From an uncultured virus (IMG/VR IMGVR_UViG_3300033141_005858) (lineage: Duplodnaviria > Heunggongvirae > Uroviricota > Caudoviricetes), in the IMG/VR virus record IMGVR_UViG_3300033141_005858: a DNA stretch of 64,000 nucleotides. One strand, 5' to 3'. How positions within the stretch are numbered: position 1 is the stretch's first letter; every line of letters begins with the position of its first letter. Below, piece by piece: positions 1-9,231 of the stretch. A program made the translations under genes and the position numbers. The notes below the pieces were generated by a model, which saw only the letters and a list, made by a program, of their open reading frames with translations, did no database searches and was not told where the DNA came from.

Positions 1-49
1 TTGACAAATAGAGTCTCTTAAACAGTTGCATTGCATTGACTCTTATCTC

Positions 50-77
50 GTTTATGTTGTTCATGGAGTCTATGACA
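50..77. repeat. 28-bp inverted repeat, left arm (partner 596-623)
   Basis: GTTTATGTTGTTCATGGAGTCTATGACA matches the reverse complement of 596-623 at 27/28 positions. Confidence 0.9.
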
Positions 78-98
78 AAACTAAAAAGGATAGACAAA

Positions 99-446
99 AT
101 GACACAAAAACAAAATAACAAAAATGAAGAGAGTATATCTCTTAACTCTATTGCTGGAGCTAGTGGAGCTAGCTTTGACACAATAGTCAAGGATATTAAA
201 GAACTTGGTGAATTACGGCTAGCCGATATAAAAAGCTATAAAGATAAGGTTATAGCAGATTATAGAGGCAAAGGAAAACACTTGTTTTTTGTACAAGGTA
301 AAACTAGAAATTGGAGTGTTGGGGCTACTTCTCTTAAAAGACTAGAAAAAGAAACAGGTATGCAGGCAGTGATGGACAAAAGCTTGCTAGACAAATTTCT
401 GAATAGCAAGCATATTGTACTTTACAGGAACGCCAAAACAGAATAA
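99..446 (+). CDS. Hypothetical protein (plus-strand cluster)
   Basis: ORF 36..446; the ATG at 99 follows an AAGGA RBS and is the more likely start. Confidence 0.7.
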   Translation: MTQKQNNKNEESISLNSIAGASGASFDTIVKDIKELGELRLADIKSYKDKVIADYRGKGKHLFFVQGKTRNWSVGATSLKRLEKETGMQAVMDKSLLDKFLNSKHIVLYRNAKTE

Positions 447-574
447 TGTCAATAATACCTTTTTTGCTTATGGTGTTATTGCTAGGATTTATTGGAGTTA
501 TGGATTATCTTTTTATTGCAGTGATTCGAATAATTCTTTCAGTACAGAATTATCTTCACAAAATGAAAAGATAA
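446..574 (+). CDS. Small hydrophobic protein (42 aa)
   Basis: TAATG overlap with the upstream ORF; MSIIPFLLMVLLLGFIGVMDYLFIAVIRIILSV... Not in the ORF track (too short). Confidence 0.5.
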   Translation: MSIIPFLLMVLLLGFIGVMDYLFIAVIRIILSVQNYLHKMKR

Positions 575-595
575 AATTCAATCTATAGCTTCACA

Positions 596-623
596 TGTCA
601 TAGACTCCATTAACAACATAAAC
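596..623. repeat. 28-bp inverted repeat, right arm
   Basis: TGTCATAGACTCCATTAACAACATAAAC. Confidence 0.9.
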
Positions 624-643
624 AAAAAACAGGAGCATATATC

Positions 644-835
644 ATGAAACAGACTAACAAAGAATTAATCGAAACAATTAATGTCTTGAAACAGGTCAAT
701 TCTCTAGAAAAAGAAGTTAATGAATTACGAACTCTTTTGAATGAAAAAGAAAAAGAACTCGATAGACAAAAAACTCTGTTATGCATGCGATTGCAAAAGT
801 ACTACTACATAAGAGATATTCTTAATGACTACTAA
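644..835 (+). CDS. Small coiled-coil hypothetical protein
   Basis: AGGAG RBS at 631-635; heptad-rich sequence. Confidence 0.7.
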   Translation: MKQTNKELIETINVLKQVNSLEKEVNELRTLLNEKEKELDRQKTLLCMRLQKYYYIRDILNDY

Positions 836-861
836 AGATAATTATTGTTTTGGTTAAAAAG

Positions 862-910
862 ACAAAAAAGCATAATTTGAGTTTAATTGCTTAAATTATG
901 CTTTTTTTGT
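862..910. terminator. Bidirectional rho-independent terminator
   Basis: ACAAAAAAGCATAATTTGAG-loop-CTTAAATTATGCTTTTTTTGT hairpin with A/T tracts on both sides, just after the plus-strand genes. Confidence 0.8.
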
Positions 911-924
911 TTATTCTAAAAATA

Positions 925-958
925 TGGCATGAATTTTGCATATGCAAGAATTGTGCCA
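925..958. promoter_or_regulatory. Two face-to-face sigma54 (-24/-12) consensus sites
   Basis: Plus strand 925-940 TGGCATGAATTTTGCA; minus strand 958-943 TGGCACAATTCTTGCA. Both have exact GG-N10-GC spacing. Confidence 0.7.
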
Positions 959-1249
959 AATTAATCCGAGTAAATCGATCGGGTAAATAACTTCTAAATT
1001 AATAATTATTCTAAATTAAAAATAATTCTAAATAAGCCCCGACCTGCCAAACCCTATTTCCGCCCCTTTTGCCACCCGAAACCAATCTACCTACCAGCCA
1101 ACCTACCCACGTCTGCAACCTCTATATTAAAAGAAAAAACAACCTACCCATCCAACCCTATTTCCGACCTCTATGCCGCGAGAAACCATAACCATTTCTC
1201 AAAATGGTTAAAATATCCAGTGAAAATTCATACCTCCAACCCCCTTTGT

Positions 1250-1636
1250 TAACCTACCTCCCACCATGTAACCTACCTCCTCGATATCCAGTGAGAAAAT
1301 GGTGGTTTTTTCTTCAGTAACCTACCGTATCTTGGGTAACCTACCTTGGTAACCTACCACATGTCGTGTAACCTACCTCCATACACACCTAGGGTTAAAC
1401 TAACCACATCCAGAAGCGAATTGGTAACCTACCAGTGCATGTAAGTTGTTGATAAGGTTGAGTTTATGCATACCCAGCCTGCCTCCCCACCAACCCCCTT
1501 AACTTCTACCCCAGTTATCCTACAACCATCCCCATTCTTTACACCAGCTTAGAACCATTCTAAATTAAAAACTGGTGTAACTTAATAACCACTATAACTA
1601 CCCCCCTCTACACTACCTACCACTATATAACCTACC
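1250..1636. repeat. Iteron-like TAACCTACC repeats (8 exact copies) in a non-coding region
   Basis: Copies start at 1250, 1269, 1318, 1337, 1350, 1369, 1425 and 1628. ATATCCAGTGA also occurs twice. Confidence 0.85.
1442..1454 (-). promoter_or_regulatory. IHF-consensus site
   Basis: Reverse complement TATCAACAACTTA fits WATCAANNNNTTR. Confidence 0.5.
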
Positions 1637-1809
1637 TCTACCTACTACCTCCCCTTTATATATAACCACATACCTTGTATGCTAAACCATTACTCTATAC
1701 CATGCTATAGTAAACCTAGATATATTTGTATAAAAGAATACCTCTACCATATACTTGACCAAAGAAAGTAAACCCTGTAACCCCCTCTTTGCAGGTAATC
1801 CATAAAATC

Positions 1810-1968
1810 TCATTTCTTCCCCCAATCCATATTTAAAAGCTCTGCTCCTGCCCACATAAAACATAAGGTGAATACCAGTAACCAAAAAAGTCTACCTTCT
1901 TGTATGCTTATAACTATGGATACCCCACAAAAGACTTCCAGTATACCAAACATAAACTTTTCTGCCAT
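1810..1968 (-). CDS. Small membrane protein (52 aa)
   Basis: AAGGAGG RBS; MAEKFMFGILEVFCGVSIVISIQEGRLFWLLVFTLCFMWAG... Not in the ORF track. Confidence 0.55.
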   Translation of the reverse strand: MAEKFMFGILEVFCGVSIVISIQEGRLFWLLVFTLCFMWAGAELLNMDWGKK

Positions 1969-2016
1969 TTTCAATCCCTCCTTTGCTCAGACCCCAAAAT
2001 TTCATTCTTTCTCTCT

Positions 2017-2044
2017 TTCCATCTCAGAGTCCTTAAACTTTTTT
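2017..2044. repeat. 28-bp dispersed direct repeat (partner 17675-17702)
   Basis: TTCCAT(C/T)TCAGAGTCCTTAAACTTTTTT, 27/28 identical. Confidence 0.85.
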
Positions 2045-2051
2045 CCACTCT

Positions 2052-2354
2052 TCATTCCTTAAACTTCTCAACCCCAAACATTTTTCCAGCTCCCCCAGCC
2101 TTGCACCAAAGCTCTACCTTTTCCTCCGAACCCCAACAACCTATAGGTAACTCATTAAGAACAAACATAACCCAATCATGAATATGTGCCTGATTCACTT
2201 CATCTGCCCTCGTTATAGCCCCTACAAGATCATTCTTCAACACAGCAGTTAAAAACCCTCCAGGACGAACCCCTCTCTCTACATATAACCGCATCCCATA
2301 TCTCATATGTTTAGGTATCCTTAAATAATTAATACCATATGTACTTTCCGTCAT
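2052..2354 (-). CDS. Conserved phage hypothetical protein
   Basis: IPxHM...PGGFLTAVLxNDL...A...AD...P..CWGS.EKV..W pattern, recalled as a widespread phage family. Confidence 0.75.
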   Translation of the reverse strand: MTESTYGINYLRIPKHMRYGMRLYVERGVRPGGFLTAVLKNDLVGAITRADEVNQAHIHDWVMFVLNELPIGCWGSEEKVELWCKAGGAGKMFGVEKFKE

Positions 2355-2671
2355 CTTTCTCCTCCTAAACGCTTTCTTTTTCCATTCATTACATCATATG
2401 AATAATTAATCATTTCTTTAATGAAATCACAAGCCTCCTTCCCAAAAACTTCCAATATATAATCATGCAAACTTCTTCCCTCCTTCATCTCATAACCCTT
2501 CGCGGAAGAAAGCCAACTTTCAAACCCCAATAAATCAAAATCATAAACACCACAAGCCAAAGTCACCATACTAAAAAAAGAGTTATGTACCCCAAAATGT
2601 TTCTTAAACCCTTTCTTTATTTCAGTAACTTCTGCCACCAACATATTATGCCCTTTATTTTTCTCTTTCAT
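2351..2671 (-). CDS. Hypothetical protein
   Basis: ORF overlapping its neighbours; codon usage like the rest of the genome. Confidence 0.7.
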   Translation of the reverse strand: MKEKNKGHNMLVAEVTEIKKGFKKHFGVHNSFFSMVTLACGVYDFDLLGFESWLSSAKGYEMKEGRSLHDYILEVFGKEACDFIKEMINYSYDVMNGKRKRLGGER

Positions 2672-2843
2672 CTTTTAAACCTCCAACAGGAAAAGTACCT
2701 GCCTCTATTTTTCTTAAAATGTTCTTACCTCCACACTCATCTGTCCCGCGCATAGGACAATCTTGACATGCAGATATCCCCCAAAACTGAACCAACCAAC
2801 AATCTGAAGTCAGACCACTTTGCTTAATAACCTTTGTCTTCAT
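2655..2843 (-). CDS. Small Cys-containing hypothetical protein
   Basis: C..CxxC..CGG; RBS present. Confidence 0.65.
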   Translation of the reverse strand: MKTKVIKQSGLTSDCWLVQFWGISACQDCPMRGTDECGGKNILRKIEAGTFPVGGLKDEREK

Positions 2844-2857
2844 TTTCCCTCCCTTCT

Positions 2858-3100
2858 TTATTCAAAAAACTTATCCCATTCATGACTAAACCTATCTAAA
2901 AGCTTCTTTGACCCAAATTCCTTTGCTGCAAGAATTAAAACATCAATTAACCCTTCATAAAAAATCGAATATTCCTTATCCAAACACTGATCCTCTTTAT
3001 TCCAGATCCTTAAAAAAATAAGGTCAATACCTCCCATTTTAGAAAACTCCACAGTTTCTTTCTCTGCACCATCCTCATATAAAACATATTCTTTCTTCAT
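2858..3100 (-). CDS. Hypothetical protein
   Basis: ATGA overlap with the upstream gene. Confidence 0.65.
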   Translation of the reverse strand: MKKEYVLYEDGAEKETVEFSKMGGIDLIFLRIWNKEDQCLDKEYSIFYEGLIDVLILAAKEFGSKKLLDRFSHEWDKFFE

Positions 3101-3531
3101 TTCCCTGCCTCCTCGACTTCCTTCGGAATAAAAATTTCATCTGCCACAATTACTTCTGCATCACAGTAATTACCACCAACTACCCTAGCCTTTCGATACT
3201 TCACTTTCACACATTTTACATCACCTCTTGATAACTCAACAAAATCTGCAACCTCAGCATCCTTCTTCCTTTTGTAAATATGCCATCCTGAAAAATAAAA
3301 ATCCGAAGAACCCCTACATTTAATTTTAAAATCAGTATTAGCCAATAACCACACTCCTTTTGGTCTTTTTTCATGACTAATAAAAGGGTTACTACTAACA
3401 AGCATACAACCAGCACTCCAGGAATAAACAAAAAAACCATAAAGATTTCCTGATGAGTCTACCCTAAAAGTCTTATAACCTTCTCCAGATCTACCTTTAG
3501 GAAATTTCTCATAAATTGAAACTAAACACAT
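3097..3531 (-). CDS. Phage hypothetical protein (MCL family; paralog of 14436..14885)
   Basis: MCL start; GYK, Y..G[WF]H.Y and VKVKYRK...VA.EI motifs. Confidence 0.75.
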   Translation of the reverse strand: MCLVSIYEKFPKGRSGEGYKTFRVDSSGNLYGFFVYSWSAGCMLVSSNPFISHEKRPKGVWLLANTDFKIKCRGSSDFYFSGWHIYKRKKDAEVADFVELSRGDVKCVKVKYRKARVVGGNYCDAEVIVADEIFIPKEVEEAGK

Positions 3532-3532
3532 A

Positions 3533-3874
3533 TCAACCTCCTAACTTTTTAATTATCTTAAACTCACCAACATAAAAGTCCTCTCTTGCTTCTTCCCGCC
3601 GAATAACTTCATATTTATCATCAAACACCATAACACCATCATAACCAACTAAACCAATATCTTCATCAGCATAACGAATATTCAAATAACAACTTCCTAC
3701 AGCTAAATCCTTTTCTGGTATAAATTTACACTCTTCCGTAATATCCAGACCCTCTTCCTCTTCTTCAAAAACTTCCGGAAATAACGTTTCTAAAACCTCT
3801 GCCGCCTCCTCACACTCCTTAGCCGCTAATAAAACTCGATCCTTGCGTATTTTTAATTCCTCTTTACCTTTCAT
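3533..3874 (-). CDS. Hypothetical protein
   Basis: AGGAGG RBS; acidic protein. Confidence 0.7.
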   Translation of the reverse strand: MKGKEELKIRKDRVLLAAKECEEAAEVLETLFPEVFEEEEEGLDITEECKFIPEKDLAVGSCYLNIRYADEDIGLVGYDGVMVFDDKYEVIRREEAREDFYVGEFKIIKKLGG

Positions 3875-4031
3875 TTTTCCTCCTTTTTAAACTTTTAAAT
3901 AAATTATCCAATCGATTCTCTGTTTTTACATAATCATACAAAAGCCAAACTCCTACCAAAAAACCAGAAACTTCGTCTACTAAAATACAAATCAAACAAA
4001 ATAATGCCACTCTCATAATTCTACCTCCTCT

Positions 4032-4259
4032 TTAATCAAAAGACACTGGAACCGGCTTAATAAGTTCTCCATCCTCATCCTGAAATTCAACTGTCTCAAC
4101 AACCCGAATACCTCTCCGATCTATCTCCTCTTGGGCAACCAAAAAATTAGCAGAGTCTTTTGAGCTATAAGAATTTTGAGCTTGAATAATATCCCAGTAA
4201 CTCAAATACAACCCACAAAGCTCGCAATCAGTTAAATCCTTTAATTTTTTCTTATTCAT
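4032..4259 (-). CDS. Hypothetical protein
   Basis: AGGAGG RBS. Confidence 0.7.
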   Translation of the reverse strand: MNKKKLKDLTDCELCGLYLSYWDIIQAQNSYSSKDSANFLVAQEEIDRRGIRVVETVEFQDEDGELIKPVPVSFD

Positions 4260-4284
4260 TATTCCCTCCTTTAAACTCCTATCA

Positions 4285-4644
4285 CTAATAGTCGCCGAGC
4301 CAATCTCTGACTTGTTCCATAATTTCTAAATCATATCCAAAGAGTGGTCTTTTTGCCCCATCAAACCAATCCAGGAAATGATAAGTAATTTGCCCATTTT
4401 CATGGAAAACAAAATAATCTTGTGGACCACCATAAGATAATTCTAACCGCTTACCTCTGTAATAAGGATCATCACTATAAGCCAATGCATATTCATTAAT
4501 CCAATCAACAAAATCATACTCCTCTGACGGGCTGTCTCCAGTTAACTCTTTAAACTTCCCGTCAAGAGCTAATTCAAAATCATGAATACGCCTTTTTAAT
4601 TCCTGGTCAATTCGTTCTTCACATGTTTTTTGTCTTCCACTCAT
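4285..4644 (-). CDS. Conserved phage hypothetical protein
   Basis: LSYGGP...I.YHFLDWFDGA motif; start moved to the ATG at 4644 after GGAGG. Confidence 0.75.
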   Translation of the reverse strand: MSGRQKTCEERIDQELKRRIHDFELALDGKFKELTGDSPSEEYDFVDWINEYALAYSDDPYYRGKRLELSYGGPQDYFVFHENGQITYHFLDWFDGAKRPLFGYDLEIMEQVRDWLGDY

Positions 4645-4692
4645 TTTAAAACCTCCAATTTTTTGTTCATCCTTTCCCAACAACCTTCTCCA

Positions 4693-5139
4693 TTAAAATG
4701 AAAATCTAACAGAAATACTCGCACCCCTAACTTCAGGCTTAACCTCCACCGAAAGGTAACCCCTCTCAACGCCAAACCCCTGCAAAAACTCTACCCGCTG
4801 CTTCGCATAACTAGTAAGAACTCCACCAACTCCCAGCGTCACAAAACCTGCAACACCCATAACCACATAACCAGGCTTGACTCTTTTTTCCGTCTTCACA
4901 TATAACCAACCCACATCGGTTACAACCTCCTTCGGGTCTGCAACCATTAAAAACCCACCAGCAAGAAGAGCAACACTACCAACCCCACAAATAATTTCAC
5001 CAATCATAAAATCACTCCTTGCTCTTTCATAATCCAGCCTCCACTGTTGATATCCATAGTCTTGAACATTTAAGTCTTGGCTTCTTAAATTAAATACCGA
5101 TAAACTAAATAATAAAAATACAATCAATCCTTTCTTCAT
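4693..5139 (-). CDS. Exported/membrane protein with C-terminal beta-signal-like end
   Basis: N-terminal signal peptide, two Gly-rich hydrophobic segments, ends ISVRFSF. Confidence 0.7.
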   Translation of the reverse strand: MKKGLIVFLLFSLSVFNLRSQDLNVQDYGYQQWRLDYERARSDFMIGEIICGVGSVALLAGGFLMVADPKEVVTDVGWLYVKTEKRVKPGYVVMGVAGFVTLGVGGVLTSYAKQRVEFLQGFGVERGYLSVEVKPEVRGASISVRFSF

Positions 5140-5287
5140 TTTTTCCTCCTTATTAAATACCTCTCAGCATTAAACAAAGCATCGTTAACAATTCCCCAGT
5201 CAGTAGCCTTTTTTCCAACAACCTCATCCATTAAAGTTTCACATGCCTTAATTAAATCTTGAATAATTTGCCTTTCTTCTGTTTTAC

Positions 5288-5524
5288 TCATTTATTTGCC
5301 TCCTTTTTAGCAAACTCTGAATTAAAAAAATAACTTGCTGCATAATCACAAACCTCAAGCATAAACACATTATCCTCGACCCTCTGCTTTGGAAAAAGCT
5401 CACTAAAATAACGTTTCATCATATAAAAAACCTCATCCTCTAATATTTCACCATCCTCATCAAGCCGCAATCTAATAAATGCCTTATCTTTTTCTTTTAA
5501 TTTAAAATATCTCTTTGTTTCCAA
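5288..5524 (-). CDS. Hypothetical protein
   Basis: AGGAGG RBS, TTG start. Confidence 0.6.
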   Translation of the reverse strand: METKRYFKLKEKDKAFIRLRLDEDGEILEDEVFYMMKRYFSELFPKQRVEDNVFMLEVCDYAASYFFNSEFAKKEANK

Positions 5525-5725
5525 CCTGCCCTCCTTTTTATTTTATCTGTCCTTTCCTTGAAGTTTTTTCATTTGCTTTGCCGCATTTCTAATCCTTCTA
5601 GATTCCTTTTGATGGTTTCTACTACCAGGGATAAACCTCTCTTGTCGTTTCTGGCATTTAGCCACATAATCCACAAGTTCCTGCTTATCCATTTCAGTTA
5701 ATTTCCTCATTTTTTATCCTCCTTA

Positions 5726-6070
5726 CTATGCAGTCTCTTCAAAGATTCCTGGAAAAAACTCCTCCGCCGTATCCATCTCTTCTGGATTAAGCCCACCCCA
5801 ACTCATAATACCAGCTTTTTCAATCAGAAATTCCCTTGCTTCTTTTTCTGACACTAAATAGATAGAGTCACTTTCTTTATCCCACATAGTCCAGTCATAG
5901 GCATAGAAATACAAACCCCCTTTTTCTGTTTTATGGGCATATAAGTTTGTACCTCTAGTGAAAGCTGTTCCAGTATGTGGCGGATTCACCGGAGCCTGAT
6001 AAAGACAAGTGTCTTTTTCCATGTCAACCTTGACGATTTTCCCTTCTTTTGTCTTTAAAAGTTTAATCAT
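5726..6070 (-). CDS. Hypothetical protein
   Basis: AGGAGG RBS. Confidence 0.75.
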   Translation of the reverse strand: MIKLLKTKEGKIVKVDMEKDTCLYQAPVNPPHTGTAFTRGTNLYAHKTEKGGLYFYAYDWTMWDKESDSIYLVSEKEAREFLIEKAGIMSWGGLNPEEMDTAEEFFPGIFEETA

Positions 6071-6092
6071 TTTACTTACCTCCTTTTTGATT

Positions 6093-6299
6093 TTAAGATT
6101 TTGTATTTATTCTATTAAAATTATTTGGCTTACCTGAAATATTTATCCCTACTGAATAATATGCCTGTTTCCAATATTTTTGCTCAATTCCATGTGGTTT
6201 TTTATCTGTTGCTCCAATGTAATCCTCAAATTCATTTTCATTAAATACATTTCTAGCCAAAATACCTTTACAATAATGAAGTTTTTCTTTTTTGGTCAT
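6093..6299 (-). CDS. Hypothetical protein
   Basis: AGGAGG RBS. Confidence 0.65.
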   Translation of the reverse strand: MTKKEKLHYCKGILARNVFNENEFEDYIGATDKKPHGIEQKYWKQAYYSVGINISGKPNNFNRINTKS

Positions 6300-6384
6300 T
6301 CTTTTATCCTCCTTTTATTTTATATTTGCAATTTTTATCTTCCAGATTGCCTCCCTAGCCTCAGCTATACTACGTAGCCAGCTT

Positions 6385-6696
6385 TTAGTCCTTTAAAAAC
6401 TCAGGATTAAAACCATATTCTGTTACATTATCAATAATCGCACGATAAACTATAGCAACAATCTTTTTTACCTCTACCATAGGATACTTATTGTTTACAT
6501 AAAATATCTTTTGATTTGTACTCTCAAGGTTAAACATTTCTCTTTCCACAACTATTGATTCCAACCCATCTTGATAAGAACCAACTCCAAAATCTACAGA
6601 ACCTCCTTTAGGCATCTTTTCAATTTCCTCCTTAATACCATTATAAACATCTCTTAACTTTTTCTTATCCATCCTTACCTCCCAAATATTTACCAC
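6385..6696 (-). CDS. Hypothetical protein
   Basis: ORF; true start is likely the internal MDKK. Confidence 0.65.
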   Translation of the reverse strand: MVNIWEVRMDKKKLRDVYNGIKEEIEKMPKGGSVDFGVGSYQDGLESIVVEREMFNLESTNQKIFYVNNKYPMVEVKKIVAIVYRAIIDNVTEYGFNPEFLKD

Positions 6697-6792
6697 AGCT
6701 TGGACAATAATCTGCTCTAAAAATTACCGACTTACAATAAGGACACTTCATTAAAGGATCCTTCTTCCGTTTCTTTTTAGCTCGTTCCGTCA

Positions 6793-7308
6793 TCAGTATA
6801 AACCCCTCACTGGCATAATAACTCCTGCCATTCTATCCAGTTTCTTATCAATAACATAAACAGGATTTGTTTTACCAAGTGAACGGATTTCTACATCCTG
6901 TAAACTCGGTAAAACCCCCAACATCATAGTTAAATAATAACCATTCACCCAAGTTTCATTACCCCCTCCAGGTGTAGCAAGAACCACAATAGGAACATCC
7001 AGTGAAAAAACATGCAACTTATTAAAAATTTCAAACTTCAAAAGCCCCCTCCAATCCCAATTAAAAAACATATCTAACCTTTCCTTCTTAGAATCTTCTT
7101 CCCGAACAAGCCGCCTTTTAGCTTTAACAACATAGGATGGGGCATACTCAGCCCGTAATGCCCAAGCCCCGTTAGAATAATAAGTTAAACCAATCAACAA
7201 ACCCTTTTCTTTATCAAAACCCACACGCTTCGCTGAAGGCTTCAATAAATTACATAAACTTTTTAATTGTTCTTCCAGCATAGGTTTTTCATAATTCTTC
7301 ATACTCAT
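6793..7308 (-). CDS. Hypothetical protein with a beta-clamp domain III-like C-terminus
   Basis: VNGYYL...VEI...NPVYV...GVIMPVR resembles the DnaN C-terminal pattern. Confidence 0.55.
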   Translation of the reverse strand: MSMKNYEKPMLEEQLKSLCNLLKPSAKRVGFDKEKGLLIGLTYYSNGAWALRAEYAPSYVVKAKRRLVREEDSKKERLDMFFNWDWRGLLKFEIFNKLHVFSLDVPIVVLATPGGGNETWVNGYYLTMMLGVLPSLQDVEIRSLGKTNPVYVIDKKLDRMAGVIMPVRGLY

Positions 7309-7309
7309 T

Positions 7310-7477
7310 TTAATCCTCCTTTACTGAAATTTCTAATAATTCATTTCTACCAGAAAGAGTAAAAATATGACCAAAATCTTCATGTAAATTCCATTCTATC
7401 ATAGAACAAAGCTCTTCTTCATCCATAGGCTCCTTCAACTTTAATCTTACCTTAAAACTATATACTTTTTTATTCAT
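7310..7477 (-). CDS. Hypothetical protein
   Basis: Internal ATG (MNKKVY) overlapping the upstream stop. Confidence 0.55.
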   Translation of the reverse strand: MNKKVYSFKVRLKLKEPMDEEELCSMIEWNLHEDFGHIFTLSGRNELLEISVKED

Positions 7478-7781
7478 AGTGCCCCCCTGCTTCCTCAATA
7501 ATTTTATCAAAAACTTTTTCCTCAAACTCATCCAACAAAGCATCATACTCTTCATCTAAAATTACTTCCATATCTAAATCAGCTAACAACCTATCAAACC
7601 TTCCCTGAATCGCTATTCTCAAAGCTTCTATAAACAAGTGATAATCCTCTGATAAAATAGTATCCATCCCCTGTCTAATAATCTTTTTATCTGTTTCCAT
7701 CTGAACCGCAGCTTCCCGCATAGCCTCTAGTTCCAACTCCTCTTTAACATGCTCCTCCCGTCTTTTCCTTTCATCATTCAT
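7470..7781 (-). CDS. Acidic hypothetical protein
   Basis: Translationally coupled ORF, very E/D-rich. Confidence 0.7.
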   Translation of the reverse strand: MNDERKRREEHVKEELELEAMREAAVQMETDKKIIRQGMDTILSEDYHLFIEALRIAIQGRFDRLLADLDMEVILDEEYDALLDEFEEKVFDKIIEEAGGHYE

Positions 7782-8014
7782 TATAATACCTCCTTTATAA
7801 AGTCTAATGCCTTTTCATAAGCCCAAACAAGCAACATACTTATATCGTCATATGACAACGCATCGTATTTTTCCACCTCTTCATCAAGTATCAACCTATG
7901 AACAATATATCTTGACGCTTCATTTATAGCCTGAAGGAACCCATCAAGATCTCCCTTTATCCGCTCTTCTAAATCCTTTTTTGCCTCCTCAATCAAATCT
8001 TGCTTCTTCCTCAT
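7781..8014 (-). CDS. Hypothetical protein
   Basis: Translationally coupled ORF. Confidence 0.7.
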   Translation of the reverse strand: MRKKQDLIEEAKKDLEERIKGDLDGFLQAINEASRYIVHRLILDEEVEKYDALSYDDISMLLVWAYEKALDFIKEVL

Positions 8015-8016
8015 CT

Positions 8017-8325
8017 TTATTTCTCCTTTAAACTTAAATGAACCATAGAAACCAAATATCTCTTTTCTCCTGCCAATCGACCAGTTACAAAATTCCCCAG
8101 TACTCGGCTCCTTCGAACTTCCTTTACCTTAAATTCAGATACTGTCCCATCAGTATGAGAAAAATTAACTATTAAACCCGGATGTAGTTTTCCTTTTAAG
8201 TTAAAAACTGCTTCCATTTTAAGCTGATCATATCTAGCCTTACAAGCATCACTAACCTTTACAATCTCATCAAAAGACTGAAGAAACATAACTTTATCCA
8301 TCAAATCTTGCAAATTATCACTCAT
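8017..8325 (-). CDS. Hypothetical protein
   Basis: AGGAGG RBS. Confidence 0.7.
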   Translation of the reverse strand: MSDNLQDLMDKVMFLQSFDEIVKVSDACKARYDQLKMEAVFNLKGKLHPGLIVNFSHTDGTVSEFKVKEVRRSRVLGNFVTGRLAGEKRYLVSMVHLSLKEK

Positions 8326-8505
8326 CCGCTGCCTCCTTAACTAGTTTAACTAAATCCTTAATACTCTCGTCAAACCCCGACTGCATACAGTCCATTAGTT
8401 CAGGATGAATATTCGTATTTTTTGACCTTAATATTATCCTGGACAAAACCGTAAGCTCCTGAAGATTTTCATACAACTCTTGTGTTACCTTCACAGTAAC
8501 CTCCT

Positions 8506-8805
8506 TTAAAATAATTTATAAAAAACCCAATCCATACCACGCTCTTCTGCAAACTTAATATCATCTTTCAACCTCTCTAGAACCCAATCCACCCCATCCT
8601 CACCTGAAAATGTTTCAAGATACGTAACCAGACCTCTTAAATCCTCTACACTCAACTCTGTAAAACCACAACCATCATAATTTAAAGATTCATAAAAATT
8701 GGTATTCTCCTCCAACCACCTCATCACAATCTCATGATGCCAAGCATTAAAACTAGGAGAATCCTTTAAAACTATTTTATTTACCCTGTAAACTCTTACA
8801 CTCAT
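8506..8805 (-). CDS. Hypothetical protein
   Basis: Coupled ORF with RBS. Confidence 0.7.
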   Translation of the reverse strand: MSVRVYRVNKIVLKDSPSFNAWHHEIVMRWLEENTNFYESLNYDGCGFTELSVEDLRGLVTYLETFSGEDGVDWVLERLKDDIKFAEERGMDWVFYKLF

Positions 8806-9230
8806 TATTTCCTCCTTTCAAATAAATCATTAATTTCCTCATAAACCCGGTCATAAACAAGTTTTCTAATATCTATTAAATGCAAAACACTATCCGAATG
8901 AACCTCTCCAGATCCAGGAACTCCTAACCGCTCAGCCAACCACAACACTATCTCTTCTACATCCCGCTCAACATCCTCTATAAAACTGCTCACTTCCTCC
9001 TTTACACCCAAATAAGCCCTCACCATAGCAAGTAACCACATAATTGTTTTATGAACTGCCATACTAACAGAATCATGTAGCTCTAAATATAAAACATCAT
9101 TCTTACCTTCTTTTTTTATTGTACCCAACTCAATTGAAGAGCCGCCTGAACAACACTCAATAGTAAAAGTCTCATCATACCGCTCTCTTACCTTTAAACC
9201 ATTCTTCTCTAAAATATATGTTCCTTCCAT
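8805..9230 (-). CDS. Hypothetical protein
   Basis: Start moved to MEGTY at 9230 after GAGGAGG. Confidence 0.65.
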   Translation of the reverse strand: MEGTYILEKNGLKVRERYDETFTIECCSGGSSIELGTIKKEGKNDVLYLELHDSVSMAVHKTIMWLLAMVRAYLGVKEEVSSFIEDVERDVEEIVLWLAERLGVPGSGEVHSDSVLHLIDIRKLVYDRVYEEINDLFERRK

Positions 9231-9231
9231 A

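Noticed and set aside
1..30. TTGACA at position 1 as a promoter
   Set aside because: No acceptable -10 box at 16-18 nt spacing.
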